A DNA stretch of 64,000 bases from Dictyostelium discoideum (GCA_000004695.1 CM000151.3:3488001-3552000), one strand, 5' to 3'. Positions 27,493 through 40,916 are shown, counted from the first letter of the stretch. A program made the numbers and translations. The notes: a model not told the origin generated them from the letters alone.

Positions 27493-27646
27493 GTCTGAAG
27501 TGTTCTAAAAAAAAAAAAAGGTAAACCAACCCCTCTTTTAGGGACCCTGTAAAAAAAAAATAAAATAAAATGAGATCTAGCATCTCAAGGAGAAGCAAAT
27601 AATTGCGTTATCCAATTCAAAAAAAAAAAAAAAGTCTGAAGTGTTC
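27493..27646 (+). mobile_element. Solo insertion of a roughly 100-bp A-tailed retro-module flanked by a perfect 13-bp target-site duplication GTCTGAAGTGTTC (27493-27505 and 27634-27646). It is either a SINE-like element or a TRE5 C-module-only copy.
   Basis: Structure: TSD, A13, GGTAAACCAACCCCTCTTTTAGGGACCCTG..GAGATCTAGCATCTCAAGGAGAAGCAAATAATTGCGTTATCCAATTC, A15, TSD. Other copies lie at 36352-36457 and 29805-29903, behind TRE5-like ORF ends. Confidence 0.7.
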
Positions 27647-27950
27647 CGGGATGTTTATGGTCATGAGTTTCGATTTCCAGTTGTGACTGAATTTTTCGAG
27701 TCTTCTTTTTATTGATGCGGTCCTATTGATTGACTCTCGGTTATCAGTGCATCTTAGTTCTTGACGTAGTTGCTTTTCTACTATCTTTCTTGTTCTATCC
27801 CATTCGGCATCTCTCGCTTTTTTGATTTTATGAATTATTTGGTTCTCTGTTATTATTGTAGTGTTATCGTTGAATTTTATTTGGTTTCTTCTGTACCATA
27901 TCGATTCCATAATGGCTGTCTTTTTTTCCAAGATATTCTAATTTGGAGAA
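27647..27950 (-). mobile_element. Fragment of a TRE5-like ORF2 3' region, interrupted by the module insertion
   Basis: The encoded peptide ...AEWDRTRKIVEKQLRQEL...EKFSHNWKSKLMTINIPEHF is homologous to the ORF ends at 29877-30200 and 45729-46247. Confidence 0.5.
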
Positions 27951-28019
27951 AAAAATTTGATAAATCCTGAACATTCACTGAATGAATAGTGCATTTTTGT
28001 TGTTACAGATCCTTTCTCA

Positions 28020-28110
28020 AACAGGGATGAAAACTATATATGTTAATATATGTCGCTTATTCATTGGCGATTATTACATTTTCATCATTTGGATATACAA
28101 TCTTAAGAGA
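28020..28110. repeat. Inner inverted-repeat arm, about 85% identical to the reverse complement of 29440-29530
   Basis: cagggatgaaaactatatatgttaatatatgtcgcttattcattggcgattattacattttcatcatttgg versus the reverse complement of 29461-29530. Confidence 0.55.
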
Positions 28111-28291
28111 GATATACAAAAACAACCAACAAAAACAACTTCTTTTTGATTATTTCATTTTTCATATAAAAAGACTTAAAAACAAATAAATAAAGTCACT
28201 TATTTAAAAAAGCCATCTTTTTATTTTATTTTAATTTATTTTTTTTTTTTTGAAAATTTTGATTGGTGTAAACTTCTATTGGGGTTGGCGC

Positions 28292-28330
<39 letters not shown>

Positions 28331-28403
28331 TTTTTTTTTGCTCAAACTATTATATTTTGTTCCCTTTAAAAATGAAATAAAAAAGAAATATTGAAAAAAC
28401 GAA

Positions 28404-28502
<99 letters not shown>

Positions 28503-28599
28503 TAATTATAGCATCAGCATCAGTTAAAGGTATTGAATGGGATGAAATTCTATACAATTGAAGCATTGGATACTTGTTTTGTCATCAGTATTACCAAAA

Positions 28600-28878
28600 T
28601 TATAATGACTTGAACCATAACTTAAATGGAATATTCAATTGATCTCCATTTTTTTTTGATTTTTTACCTCTAAATGATTCTCTGGGATAACGTTTACAGT
28701 GATCCATTATAACTTTATTAACATTAACTTGTTGATGAATACTACTACAATGTCTGGAGTAGTGTGTTTTAAATTGCCCACAATCCAAACAATAACTATC
28801 TTCATCATAAAGATCATCTTCAATTGAAATAGATTTAACTTCTTTTTTAATTAATTGTTCATCTTCTTCCTTTATCAT
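28600..28878 (-). CDS. Hypothetical small (92 aa) acidic protein with a C-x2-C...H-x4-C zinc-finger-like motif, at the centre of the palindromic region
   Basis: The ORF has non-low-complexity composition (YCLDCGQFKTHYSRHCSSIH...DHCKRYP). No homolog recognised. Confidence 0.3.
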   Translation of the reverse strand: MIKEEDEQLIKKEVKSISIEDDLYDEDSYCLDCGQFKTHYSRHCSSIHQQVNVNKVIMDHCKRYPRESFRGKKSKKNGDQLNIPFKLWFKSL

Positions 28879-29439
28879 TACTTTAATACAAAAAATACAA
28901 ACTCCAAGATCTCAATTATAAAATATTGATTGTGAACACATTATAGTACATACTTTACATTTAATTAAATCTTTAAAACTTCTAAAAATAAAAAAAAAAA
29001 ATAAAAAAAAAAAAAATTAATATGTGTAAATATTTAATAAAATATATTATATTTATATTAAAATAATATTTAAAATTTATATTATATTTATTTTTAAATA
29101 ATAATTAATAAAAAAAAAAAATTTTGAAAATATATAAAAAAAAAAAAAAGAGTTATTGCAATAGAAAATTATGATTTTTTTTAAAAAAAAAAAAAAAAGG
29201 TATTTTGGTGATCTAAATTTAAAAAATTCGTTTCTTTATAAAATTAATTTTAGTATAAATAGTTTAAATAAAATAAAGATAAACATTATTTTTAGTAGTA
29301 AAAGAGATAAATATATTATATATATAAATTATTATTATTATTATTTCTGTGTGTTCACGTATATTATGTATTTTATACAAGTTTCAAAATGTTTTTTACT
29401 TTTATTAATTTTTTTCTTTTTTTGTGAATCTTGAATAAT

Positions 29440-29530
29440 GGAAATTATTATATATTCAAATGATGAAAAATGTAATAATCGCGAATAATTAAGCGACATA
29501 AATTTATATTTAAGTTTTTATCCCTGGTAA
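29440..29530. repeat. Inner inverted-repeat arm, partner of 28020-28110
   Basis: See 28020-28110. Confidence 0.55.
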
Positions 29531-29793
29531 AATACAAATATAGAAATAGATCTGTAGCTGAAAAGACGTTAACAAATACAAGATTCTTACTTTATTCTCA
29601 GAAATTTTAGTAAAATTTATTTTAGTATAAATAGTAAATAAAATAAAAATTCATTGTTGTTTTATTCCAAATTGTGCACAAACTAAACTTATAATTTTTA
29701 TATAAGAGATATAATATTATTTTTTTTTTATTATTTATTATTAATTATTTCTGTGTGTTCAAGGGTCAAATTATTAAAAGTATTTAATAGGAA

Positions 29794-29901
29794 TTTTTTT
29801 TTTTGAATGGAATAACGCAATTTTTAGTTGCTTCTTCTTGAGATATAACTCATTTTATTAATTTTATTATTAGATATTACAGGTGCCTTTTAAGGTTGTA
29901 T

Positions 29902-29954
<53 letters not shown>

Positions 29955-30202
29955 TTGGGGGGTGTAGAGTGTGTTTAGTGACGTAATATATTTGTTGAGG
30001 TTTGATGGTAGTGCTACTGTGTGTAGTGGTGAGTTCCAGTGTTTGCTAAATCTTTCGAGTTGTAGGGAGATGATGTTTTTGAATTTTTTTGTTTGTTCGT
30101 TGTTGGTTGCTTTTTTTTCTTGTCTGATTAGTTTGTATATGTTGTTTTTTGTTTTTCCCAGGCTGCTGTTATTTAATAGAAATTGGAATACGACGTTCAT
30201 TA
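29794..30202 (-). mobile_element. 5'-truncated TRE5-like 3' fragment. Layout: ORF2 end, A-tract (29904-29951), diverged C-module copy (29805-29903), A-tract.
   Basis: ORF end ...ERFSKHWNSPLHTVALPSNL. The module copy GAATGGAATAACGCAATT... is about 80% identical to the 36352-36457 and 27519-27620 copies. The 5' end abuts the boundary of inverted-repeat arm B at 30203. Confidence 0.55.
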
Positions 30203-30625
30203 CACAAATGTAATAAAGCTTGTTAGCTTTATAAATATATATAATTAATAATTATATAATTGAATAATACTTTGTTATCTTTATTTAATATTAGTTTATA
30301 TTTAATATTCAATATTGTTTATAAAATTATTCTTTAGTATTTATATTATTTATAATGAGTTGACAGTATTATTATTATTATTATTATTATATTATTTAAA
30401 TGTGTGTCAACTAAAATTAGTAATGTAATATGCATATTTAATATGTATTAATTTTATAGAGTAACTTTATTACAACAAAATCATAAGATTCGTTAGCTTG
30501 AATCGACAGCTTCTTAACTCAGGGGTAGAGTGCGAGGCCCATAACCTCGAGGTCCTAGGATCGAAACCTAGAGAAGCTAAATTTTAAAATTATATAGAAT
30601 ATGTCGCTAGTTCGATTCCTATTTC
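30203..30625. repeat. Inverted-repeat arm B, partner of 27056-27477
   Basis: See arm A. Confidence 0.8.
30508..30579 (+). tRNA. Initiator tRNA-Met (CAU), copy B
   Basis: Identical to copy A in reverse complement. Confidence 0.85.
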
Positions 30626-30659
30626 ATTTATTCAGAATCGAACTAGCGAGAACTTATAA
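30610..30659 (+). promoter_or_regulatory. Pair of inverted ex-B boxes (CTAGTTCGATTCC ... GAATCGAACTAG), 31 and 66 bp downstream of tRNAi-Met copy B
   Basis: A perfect 12-bp inverted repeat separated by 16 bp. Arm A retains only the first box, because the TRE3-like element begins after it. Confidence 0.5.
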
Positions 30660-30889
30660 TTATCCAAACGGTTTTAAGAATTTATTGAAATTAATTTTTA
30701 TTATTCATGAACATGGTTTAATAACATTGATCAAAAAAAAAAAAAAAAAAAACCAATAATATTAATACAATATTTTACAATTAAAATTTTTAATTTGATT
30801 ATTTAAATTGAAAAAAGAATAATAAATTTAAATTTTAAAATTCAAAAATATTAAAAAAAAATTGATATTTTAGATAAACTAATTAATCA

Positions 30890-30928
<39 letters not shown>

Positions 30929-31163
30929 ATTTTAATCAACTGTATTAAAATATTTTTAATTTTTTAATATAAAATTAAAAAAATATAATTTTCTTTAGTT
31001 AGATTCCTCAATAATAATTATAGCTTTTAAAAAGATAAATAAAAAAAGAAATATATAAATTAAAAGACTAAACATAAAAATTAAATTATAAAAAAGAAAA
31101 TATTTTATTAAATAATTATTAAATTATAAAAATAAAATCCAAACAAAAAAAAAAAAATTGATT

Positions 31164-31196
<33 letters not shown>

Positions 31197-31294
31197 TTAA
31201 ACCCCAAAAAGTAAAAAGATTTTTTTTTTTTTTTTGTTTTCTTTTAAAAGTTTGAGATTATTTTAAAATTGGGAAATTTCACTTGCCCCCAATA

Positions 31295-31326
<32 letters not shown>

Positions 31327-31559
31327 TTAGTTTTTAAAAAATCAAATCTTTGCAAAAATAAATTTAAACAATGATTACTTTTTTGTCAATTTACAAAAAA
31401 AATTAAAAATAATTAAATTTAAAAAATAAAAAAAAAAAAAAAAAAAACCAATTAAAAAAAGAAAAAGTATAAAAAGAAAAAAAATTTTTAATTAAAATCA
31501 TTAAATTGAAAAATTAAAATTTCATACAAATTATCTTTTTAAATAATAAAATTTATAAA

Positions 31560-32321
31560 ATGTCTACCCAAGGTTTAGTTCAACTTATCTCAAATGCTCA
31601 ATGTCATTTAAGAACCTCAACCAATTACAATGATGTCCACACTCAATTTAATGCTGTTTTAAACTATAAAAACAAAGGTACCAATACTATTGATGGTTCA
31701 GAAGCTTGGTGTTCATCAATCGTAGATACCAACCAATACATTGTTGCTGGTTGTGAAGTTCCACGTACTTTTATGTGTGTTGCTCTCCAAGGTCGTGGTG
31801 ATCATGATCAATGGGTTACATCATACAAAATCCGTTATTCATTAGATAATGTTACCTGGTCTGAATATCGTAATGGTGCTGCTATTACTGGTGTAACTGA
31901 TCGTAACACTGTTGTTAATCATTTCTTTGATACTCCAATTAGAGCTCGTTCAATTGCTATCCACCCATTAACCTGGAATAACCACATTTCATTAAGATGT
32001 GAATTCTACACTCAACCAGTACAAAGCTCAGTCACTCAAGTTGGTGCAGATATTTACACTGGCGATAACTGTGCCTTAAATACCGGTTCAGGTAAACGTG
32101 AAGTTGTTGTCCCAGTTAAATTCCAATTTGAATTTGCTACTCTCCCAAAGGTTGCCCTCAACTTTGATCAAATCGATTGTACTGATGCTACCAATCAAAC
32201 TCGTATTGGTGTTCAACCAAGAAACATTACCACCAAAGGTTTCGATTGTGTTTTCTACACTTGGAATGCTAACAAAGTCTATTCATTAAGAGCTGATTAC
32301 ATTGCTACTGCTTTAGAATAA
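31560..32321 (+). CDS. dscC: Discoidin I chain (N-terminal discoidin/F5-8 type C domain plus C-terminal H-type lectin domain), first gene of a tandem pair. The symbol is tentative, based on the literature statement that two discoidin I genes are closely linked.
   Basis: A 253-aa [27 protein letters not shown]...[10 protein letters not shown]. Recognised as discoidin I from memory. Confidence 0.9.
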   Translation: MSTQGLVQLISNAQCHLRTSTNYNDVHTQFNAVLNYKNKGTNTIDGSEAWCSSIVDTNQYIVAGCEVPRTFMCVALQGRGDHDQWVTSYKIRYSLDNVTWSEYRNGAAITGVTDRNTVVNHFFDTPIRARSIAIHPLTWNNHISLRCEFYTQPVQSSVTQVGADIYTGDNCALNTGSGKREVVVPVKFQFEFATLPKVALNFDQIDCTDATNQTRIGVQPRNITTKGFDCVFYTWNANKVYSLRADYIATALE

Positions 32322-32666
32322 ATTTTTAATCTTATTATTAAAATTGTAATTTAATTTTTAATCAAATTTAATAAAAAAAAAAAAAAAAAATCCAAATTCA
32401 AGATTTTGTTTATTATATTTTTTCCATTTCTAAACTATTATTATTAAATTTGAAATAAAAAATGATAAAAAAAAAAAAAAAAAAACTGTATTTTTATAAT
32501 ATCCAATCTAAATTAATTATCGTCAATCTTTAAGGAATAAAAACTTTTTTTTTCATTGAAAAAACAATAAAAAAAAAATAAAAAAAATCAATAAAAAAAA
32601 AAAAATCATAAAAAAAAAAAAGATATAATTATTTTCAATCATAAAAATTCCAAATTTACAAATTTA

Positions 32667-32704
<38 letters not shown>

Positions 32705-33044
32705 TTTAATAATCAAACCATTACAAAAAAAATTTACAATCATTTTAATTTTATTTTTTTTTTCACACCAATTGCGACAGCTAGGAAAAATCTGAAAAGT
32801 GGGGTGATTTTTATTAAATTTTAAAAAATTTATACCCATTAATTTTTTCAATAAAAATAGTTGGTCATTTTACAAAATTAAAAAATTAAAAAAAAAATAA
32901 ATTAAATCTTTAATTTTAATTGGAAAAAAAAAAAAAAAAAAACTATAAAAAGAAAATATGATTTTCATTTTAAAATCATTAAACTGAAAAATTAAAATTT
33001 CATTTATACAAATTATCTTTTTTTAAATTCAACACACAATTAAA

Positions 33045-33806
33045 ATGTCTACCCAAGGTTTAGTTACACTTCTCGGAAATGCTCAATGTCATTTAAGAAC
33101 CTCAACCAATTACAATGGTGTCCACACTCAATTTAATGCTGCTTTAAACTATAAAAACAAAGGTACCAATACTATTGATGGTTCAGAAGCTTGGTGTTCA
33201 TCAATCGTAGATACTAACCAATACATTGTTGCTGGTTGTGAAGTTCCACGTACTTTTATGTGTGTTGCTCTCCAAGGTCGTGGTGATCATGATCAATGGG
33301 TTACATCATACAAAATCCGTTATTCATTAGATAATGTTACCTGGTCTGAATATCGTAATGGTGCTGCTATTACTGGTGTAACTGATCGTAACACTGTTGT
33401 TAATCATTTCTTTGATACTCCAATTAGAGCTCGTTCAATTGCTATCCACCCATTAACCTGGAATAACCACATTTCATTAAGATGTGAATTCTACACTCAA
33501 CCAGTACAAAGCTCAGTCACTCAAGTTGGTGCAGATATTTACACTGGCGATAACTGTGCCTTAAATACCGGTTCAGGTAAACGTGAAGTTGTTGTCCCAG
33601 TTAAATTCCAATTTGAATTTGCTACTCTCCCAAAGGTTGCCCTCAACTTTGATCAAATCGATTGTACTGATGCTACCAATCAAACTCGTATTGGTGTTCA
33701 ACCAAGAAACATTACCACCAAAGGTTTTGATTGTGTTTTCTACACTTGGAATGAAAACAAAGTCTATTCATTAAGAGCTGATTACATTGCCACCGCTTTA
33801 GAATAA
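33045..33806 (+). CDS. dscD: Discoidin I chain, second tandem gene, about 97% amino-acid identity to the first. Symbol tentative.
   Basis: A 253-aa [43 protein letters not shown].... It differs from the upstream copy at a handful of residues (Q8T, I10L, S11G, D25G, V33A, A238E). Confidence 0.9.
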
Positions 33807-33924
33807 ACAAATAATTTTTTAAAAAATTATTAAAATTGTAATTTAATTATTAATCAATTTTAAAAAAAAATAAAAACAAATAAAATTTAATTTTATTTTT
33901 TTTTATTATAAAACAAAAAGCTTT

Positions 33925-33981
<57 letters not shown>

Positions 33982-36313
33982 GTTAAACATATTTATATTA
34001 ATCAAAAATAATTATCTTTTTTTATTTTATTTTTTGATCAATAGACCAGATTATATAATTATTCTAACAGTATTCAAAAAAAATAAAAAAAAAAAACATG
34101 ATACACCCATAAAAACTAATGTCATAAATTTTTTTTTTTTTTTTTTTAAGGTGAATTATAATATTTATTTTTTCCATAAATTTTTTATTTACAGCAATAA
34201 ATAATTAAAATTAATTTTCGTTTTTTCATTTTTTTTCATTTTCCATTTTATTTTTTTTTTTAATTCCCAAACACTTTTTTTAATTTTTTCAATTTTTTTT
34301 TTTTTAATTCTCTTAACCAAATATCTATATATTTTAAATTTTTTTTTTAAATTCAAATAAATAAATAAATTAAAATGTTTTCAAAAGGAATCAATATAAT
34401 GGGTCACTCTTAAAATAAAAAAAATAAAACAATAATGATAAAAAAAAAATAAAAATATTAGTGTAATAGGAAATTTATGGACTCAGAAAAACAATATATT
34501 TATTTTTGAAATTGTACCCTCTACAAAGAAAAAAAAAAAAATAATCACACAGAAATAAAATAATTATTTTTTTAATTTATTTTTTTCTTTTTTTTTTTCA
34601 AAACTAATTTTTATATGAAATAAAAAAATAAAAGTAAAAAAAAATAAAAAAAAAGGCAACGAACATACACCAGCACCTCATAAAATTACTTTTCACCACT
34701 GAAATTTTTACATCCCTTACTAATTTTTAATTTCATTTTTTTATTTATTTTTTTCTTTTTTTTTTTTTTTCTTTTTTTTTTTTACTTTTTTTTTTGGTTA
34801 ATAAAAAAATAAATAAATAAATAAACAAATAAAAAAATAAATAAATTTTTTGAGTTAATCTATAAAGCAGGTTTAGCAAATGGAGTTTGGTTTTTAATAT
34901 TTTTAGGGGTATCATTGTTGGTAATTTAGGTACAGCGGCAATAATTGATATAGCAGGTTTAGCAAATGAAGTTTTATTTTTAGGTGATCATTATCGATAT
35001 TGGGATTTGCAACATTGGGTAAACCAGCAAAAGTTAATGGTAAAGGACAAATAGCAGAGAATCAAACTAAGTATTAATATGAACCATCATCAGGAGATAG
35101 GAACAAGATGATACAACAACAACAACAACAACAGGTAAAAGAAAAACTAAAGATACAGACAATAGTTCAAATAAAAAAAGAGTGTAAGTTTTATATTTAA
35201 AGATAGACCAATTCGATTACTGGTGACCATTACTTTATAGTGGTATAAGTCAATCATTCTTTTTTTGGTGTATTCCCTCAATTACTTAGTAAAGAATGGA
35301 TTGGTAAAGCTGTGGCTTTTTTTACGATGCTTCTGTTAGTAATTTCGGAGCTTCACCTGGTAAAGGTAAACAAGCTGCAAAGAATTAGAAAAGATTAAAT
35401 ATTTAGAAATGACATGACGTTAAGCTATTAAAGTTACAAAAATGTAAATAATCATAATAAATTAATAAATCAATAAATCAATAAATTAAAAAATAAATTA
35501 ATTAATAAATAAATAAATAAATAAATAATTAAATAATTTTTAAAAAGTACTCTAATTTTGGAATTATTTGTTTTTTTCTTTTTCTTTTTTTGCTCTAAAA
35601 CTTTTTTTTTTCTTATTTTCATATACACTACTTTTATTTTATTTATTAATTTTGTGCAAATAAAATTAACATAAGAAAATACTCGACACACGAGAAATTT
35701 ATTTTATATTATAATTTTTAATATTATGATTATTTTCATTCTTGAAACTTCTTTAAGTGCTTCACGACAAGCCATATCTGAACATTTAACCATCAAATCA
35801 TTCTATGCAGTTTGATTACCTTCATCAAGTGAAGCACCTAAATAACCACTTCAATAAAAACTATTTTATGTATGTTTTGGACACTTAAGAAAAACTACAG
35901 AGTTTATTTTTCAATTTATCACTATACTGCTCAAATTAACTTAATAAATGACTATATTTTTTAGAAAAAAAAAGTAAAAAATAAAGAAATTCATGACTTA
36001 ATAAAGTAAACAGTGAATCAAAAATGTAAACCGAAGTTATTTGAGGCCATGGTGGATCAGTTGAGACGGCTAATGTGTTTATACCTGAACATGTACATGT
36101 AGTATTGTTCTTCTGTTTATAGAGTTTGGAGTTGGTGATTATATGTACACATTATTATTAAAGAATGAAATTCTTGATTTATACCAATCACTAGATAATT
36201 CAGCATTAACACCAAATATAATACAAGGTCATAGAAAATATTTTGAATAATTGATTTTAAAAGCAAAAAAATTATAAGCATCACATGATAAATTATAAAC
36301 ATTACATGATAAA

Positions 36314-36802
36314 TTTTAAACATATGCACAGTTTTTTTTTTTTTTTTTTTTGAATTGGATAACGCAATTATTATTTGCTTCTCCTTGAGATGCTAGATCT
36401 CATTTTATTTTATTTTTTTTTTTTTTTACAGGGTCTCTAAAAGAGGGGTTGGTTTACTTTTTTTTTTTTTTTTTTTTTTTGTTTCGAATTTTGAATTGTA
36501 TTATTACTTTTGATTAAAACATCTTTTTTGTCCAAACTTTTTTCTAAATCTTTTTTTATTTTATCGTCTGGTTCGTGATTGATGTTTATGACGTATTTGA
36601 ATTGTTTTTTTTTTAATTGAGTTTTATCCACAATTTCGCTTATTTTTTGTAGGCATTTGTGTTGCTTAATATTTGTGGTGTTGTTTGTGATTTTCATTTT
36701 ATTTTCTTTCTATTTTTTTTATTTTTCTTTAAAAAGTTAAAAATCTGGAAATTTTCTGATTAACTTGGGTTCCAGGTTTTTTTTTTTTAAACATATGCAC
36801 AG
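36314..36802 (-). mobile_element. 5'-truncated TRE5-like insertion (ORF2 end, A-tract, C-module 36352-36457, A-tract) flanked by an 18-bp TSD TTTTAAACATATGCACAG (36314-36331 and 36785-36802). Its 5' end lies about 50 bp upstream of tRNA-Leu.
   Basis: The ORF end ...DLEKSLDKKDVLIKSNNTIQNSKQ is homologous to 46330-46420. Divergent orientation and roughly 48 bp distance from the tRNA are the classic TRE5 pattern. Confidence 0.7.
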
Positions 36803-36834
36803 GAGTTTGGTGAAAAAATTTTAAACATATGCAC

Positions 36835-36913
36835 GGGAGATTGGTCGAGTGGTTAAGACAATAGATTTAGGCTCTATCCTCCGGGGTCGCGGGTTCGAAC
36901 CCCGCATCTCTCA
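36835..36913 (+). tRNA. tRNA-Leu (anticodon UAG), type II with a long variable arm
   Basis: GGGAGAT acceptor (one G-U pair), D-arm GTCGAGTGGTTAAGAC, anticodon stem-loop ATAGA-TTTAGGC-TCTAT, variable arm CCTCCGGGGTCG and T-arm GCGGGTTCGAACCCCGC. Confidence 0.8.
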
Positions 36914-37440
36914 CATTCTTTTTATCCATTTAAATATCTAGATTTCCCTGAAATTTACCTAATAAGGTTAAATAAAATTAAAAAAAGAATGAGGTCAACC
37001 ACATTAAATTGGTAGGAATTTATTTGAGTTTTTACTATTTACGAATAACATTTATTTATTTGATCTATAATTTCATTTTTTTATATATTAACATTATATT
37101 ATTAAGGTTTTTAAAATTTTATTTATTTTTTTTTTTTTTTTATTTTTTTTTTTTTTTTTGAAACTCACACATAATATTGCATGCAGAAATACAAATTTAA
37201 AAAAAATCCGAATTAACACCTATTATTACTAAAATATCTACATCTAGATCAAGTAAATAATTAATTAATATCAAATAAATAATAATAATAAAAATCATAC
37301 ACATTATATGTGCTCATTTTTGAGTAGCTAATCTAAAGAATCTGGTTAAACTTTATATTGTGTGATACTACTGTATGTTAGTATTAGTTGTGCATGTCCT
37401 TGCATCCACTTTACACTGAATGAATAGTAATCAATGTGGT

Positions 37441-37629
37441 TGGGTCAACTGACATAATTTGCGATATTTGCATGGGAGGTTGGTCAGCTGACATTATTAA
37501 CATTGTTCGCAAGGGAGGTTGGTCAGCTGACATTATTAACATTGTTCGCAAGGGGTAGTTTAGCTGACATTATTAACAATATTGGCATGGGAGGATTGTC
37601 AACTGTCATTATTAACAATATTCACAAGG
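37441..37629. repeat. Minisatellite, about 4.5 tandem copies of a 40-41-bp unit (GGGAGGTTGGTCAGCTGACATTATTAACATTGTTCGCAAG)
   Basis: Direct tandem repeats read in the sequence. It lies immediately upstream of the discoidin pseudogene fragment. Confidence 0.7.
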
Positions 37630-37631
37630 TC

Positions 37632-37770
37632 ATGGTGCTGCTATTACTGGTGTAACTGATCGTATCACTGTTGTTAATCATTTCTTTGATACCCCTATTG
37701 ATGCTCGTTCAATTGCTATCCACTCATTAACCTGGAATAACCACGTTTCATTAAGATGTGATATCTATAG
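37632..37770 (+). pseudogene. Discoidin I pseudogene fragment (about 135 bp of the discoidin-domain coding region, no start or stop)
   Basis: [43 protein letters not shown] matches discoidin residues 106-148 with several substitutions. It is about 90% identical at the DNA level to 31876-32010. Confidence 0.75.
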
Positions 37771-38452
37771 ATTATATAAATTATTATTAATTATTCAAGG
37801 GTCACACATCGTTTATTGATATATCCAAAATAATATAAGTATTCCATAAAGTTAGAATACGAGATTCATTACAATTTGTAAGGTATGCAGTAGTTCTTTG
37901 TTACAATAATTATTTATATTATTAAATTCATTTTCATTTATTATATTTATTCATTTACATTTTTCATTTGTAAATTAGTTTATTTTGTATATTCTTTATA
38001 AAGTTATTATTTTGAGTTTAATGTGCTGACGCTCCAACATAACAAATAAATCTTAATATATCGATATTAAATAAAAAAAAAATAAAAATAATAACTACAA
38101 GCAATAAAATTCATTTTGCCTTAAATTACTTCTTTCCTAGCTTAGCCCTCCCAAATAGTTTATTCGTGATACACAAATTACCTTTTTAAATCATCAAATT
38201 GTTCAATTTTATTTTGTAAATTAACCTTTTTCCATAATCAATCTCAATTGAAGATGGATTACCTCTAAACCAATGTTAATATATATATTATATAGTTTAC
38301 ATTAATAATAAAAATAAATTTATATATAAATATATCATATTAAATATAAAAAAAAAAGAAAATATTAATAATAAAAATTAAATTAAATATTTAATATATA
38401 ATATATTTTAAATTTATACTTTAAGTAAAAATATAAAACCAAACAACAAATT

Positions 38453-38495
<43 letters not shown>

Positions 38496-38532
38496 CATTA
38501 ATTATTACATTTATTGTATAATTTTATTTATT

Positions 38533-40833
<2,301 letters not shown>

Positions 40834-40916
40834 TATAATATTTGTGAGTGAGTGTGTTGTGTTGTGTAAATATATAATACCAGTTTTTGGTTTTTTTTTT
40901 TTTTTTTGGTATAAAA

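Noticed and set aside
27519-27620. The 100-bp module as a tRNA-derived SINE or class I small RNA gene
   Set aside because: No internal A/B-box pair or tRNA-like fold is apparent. Its 3' end is shared with TRE5-type LINE ends, so a LINE 3'-tail-derived origin is the better explanation.
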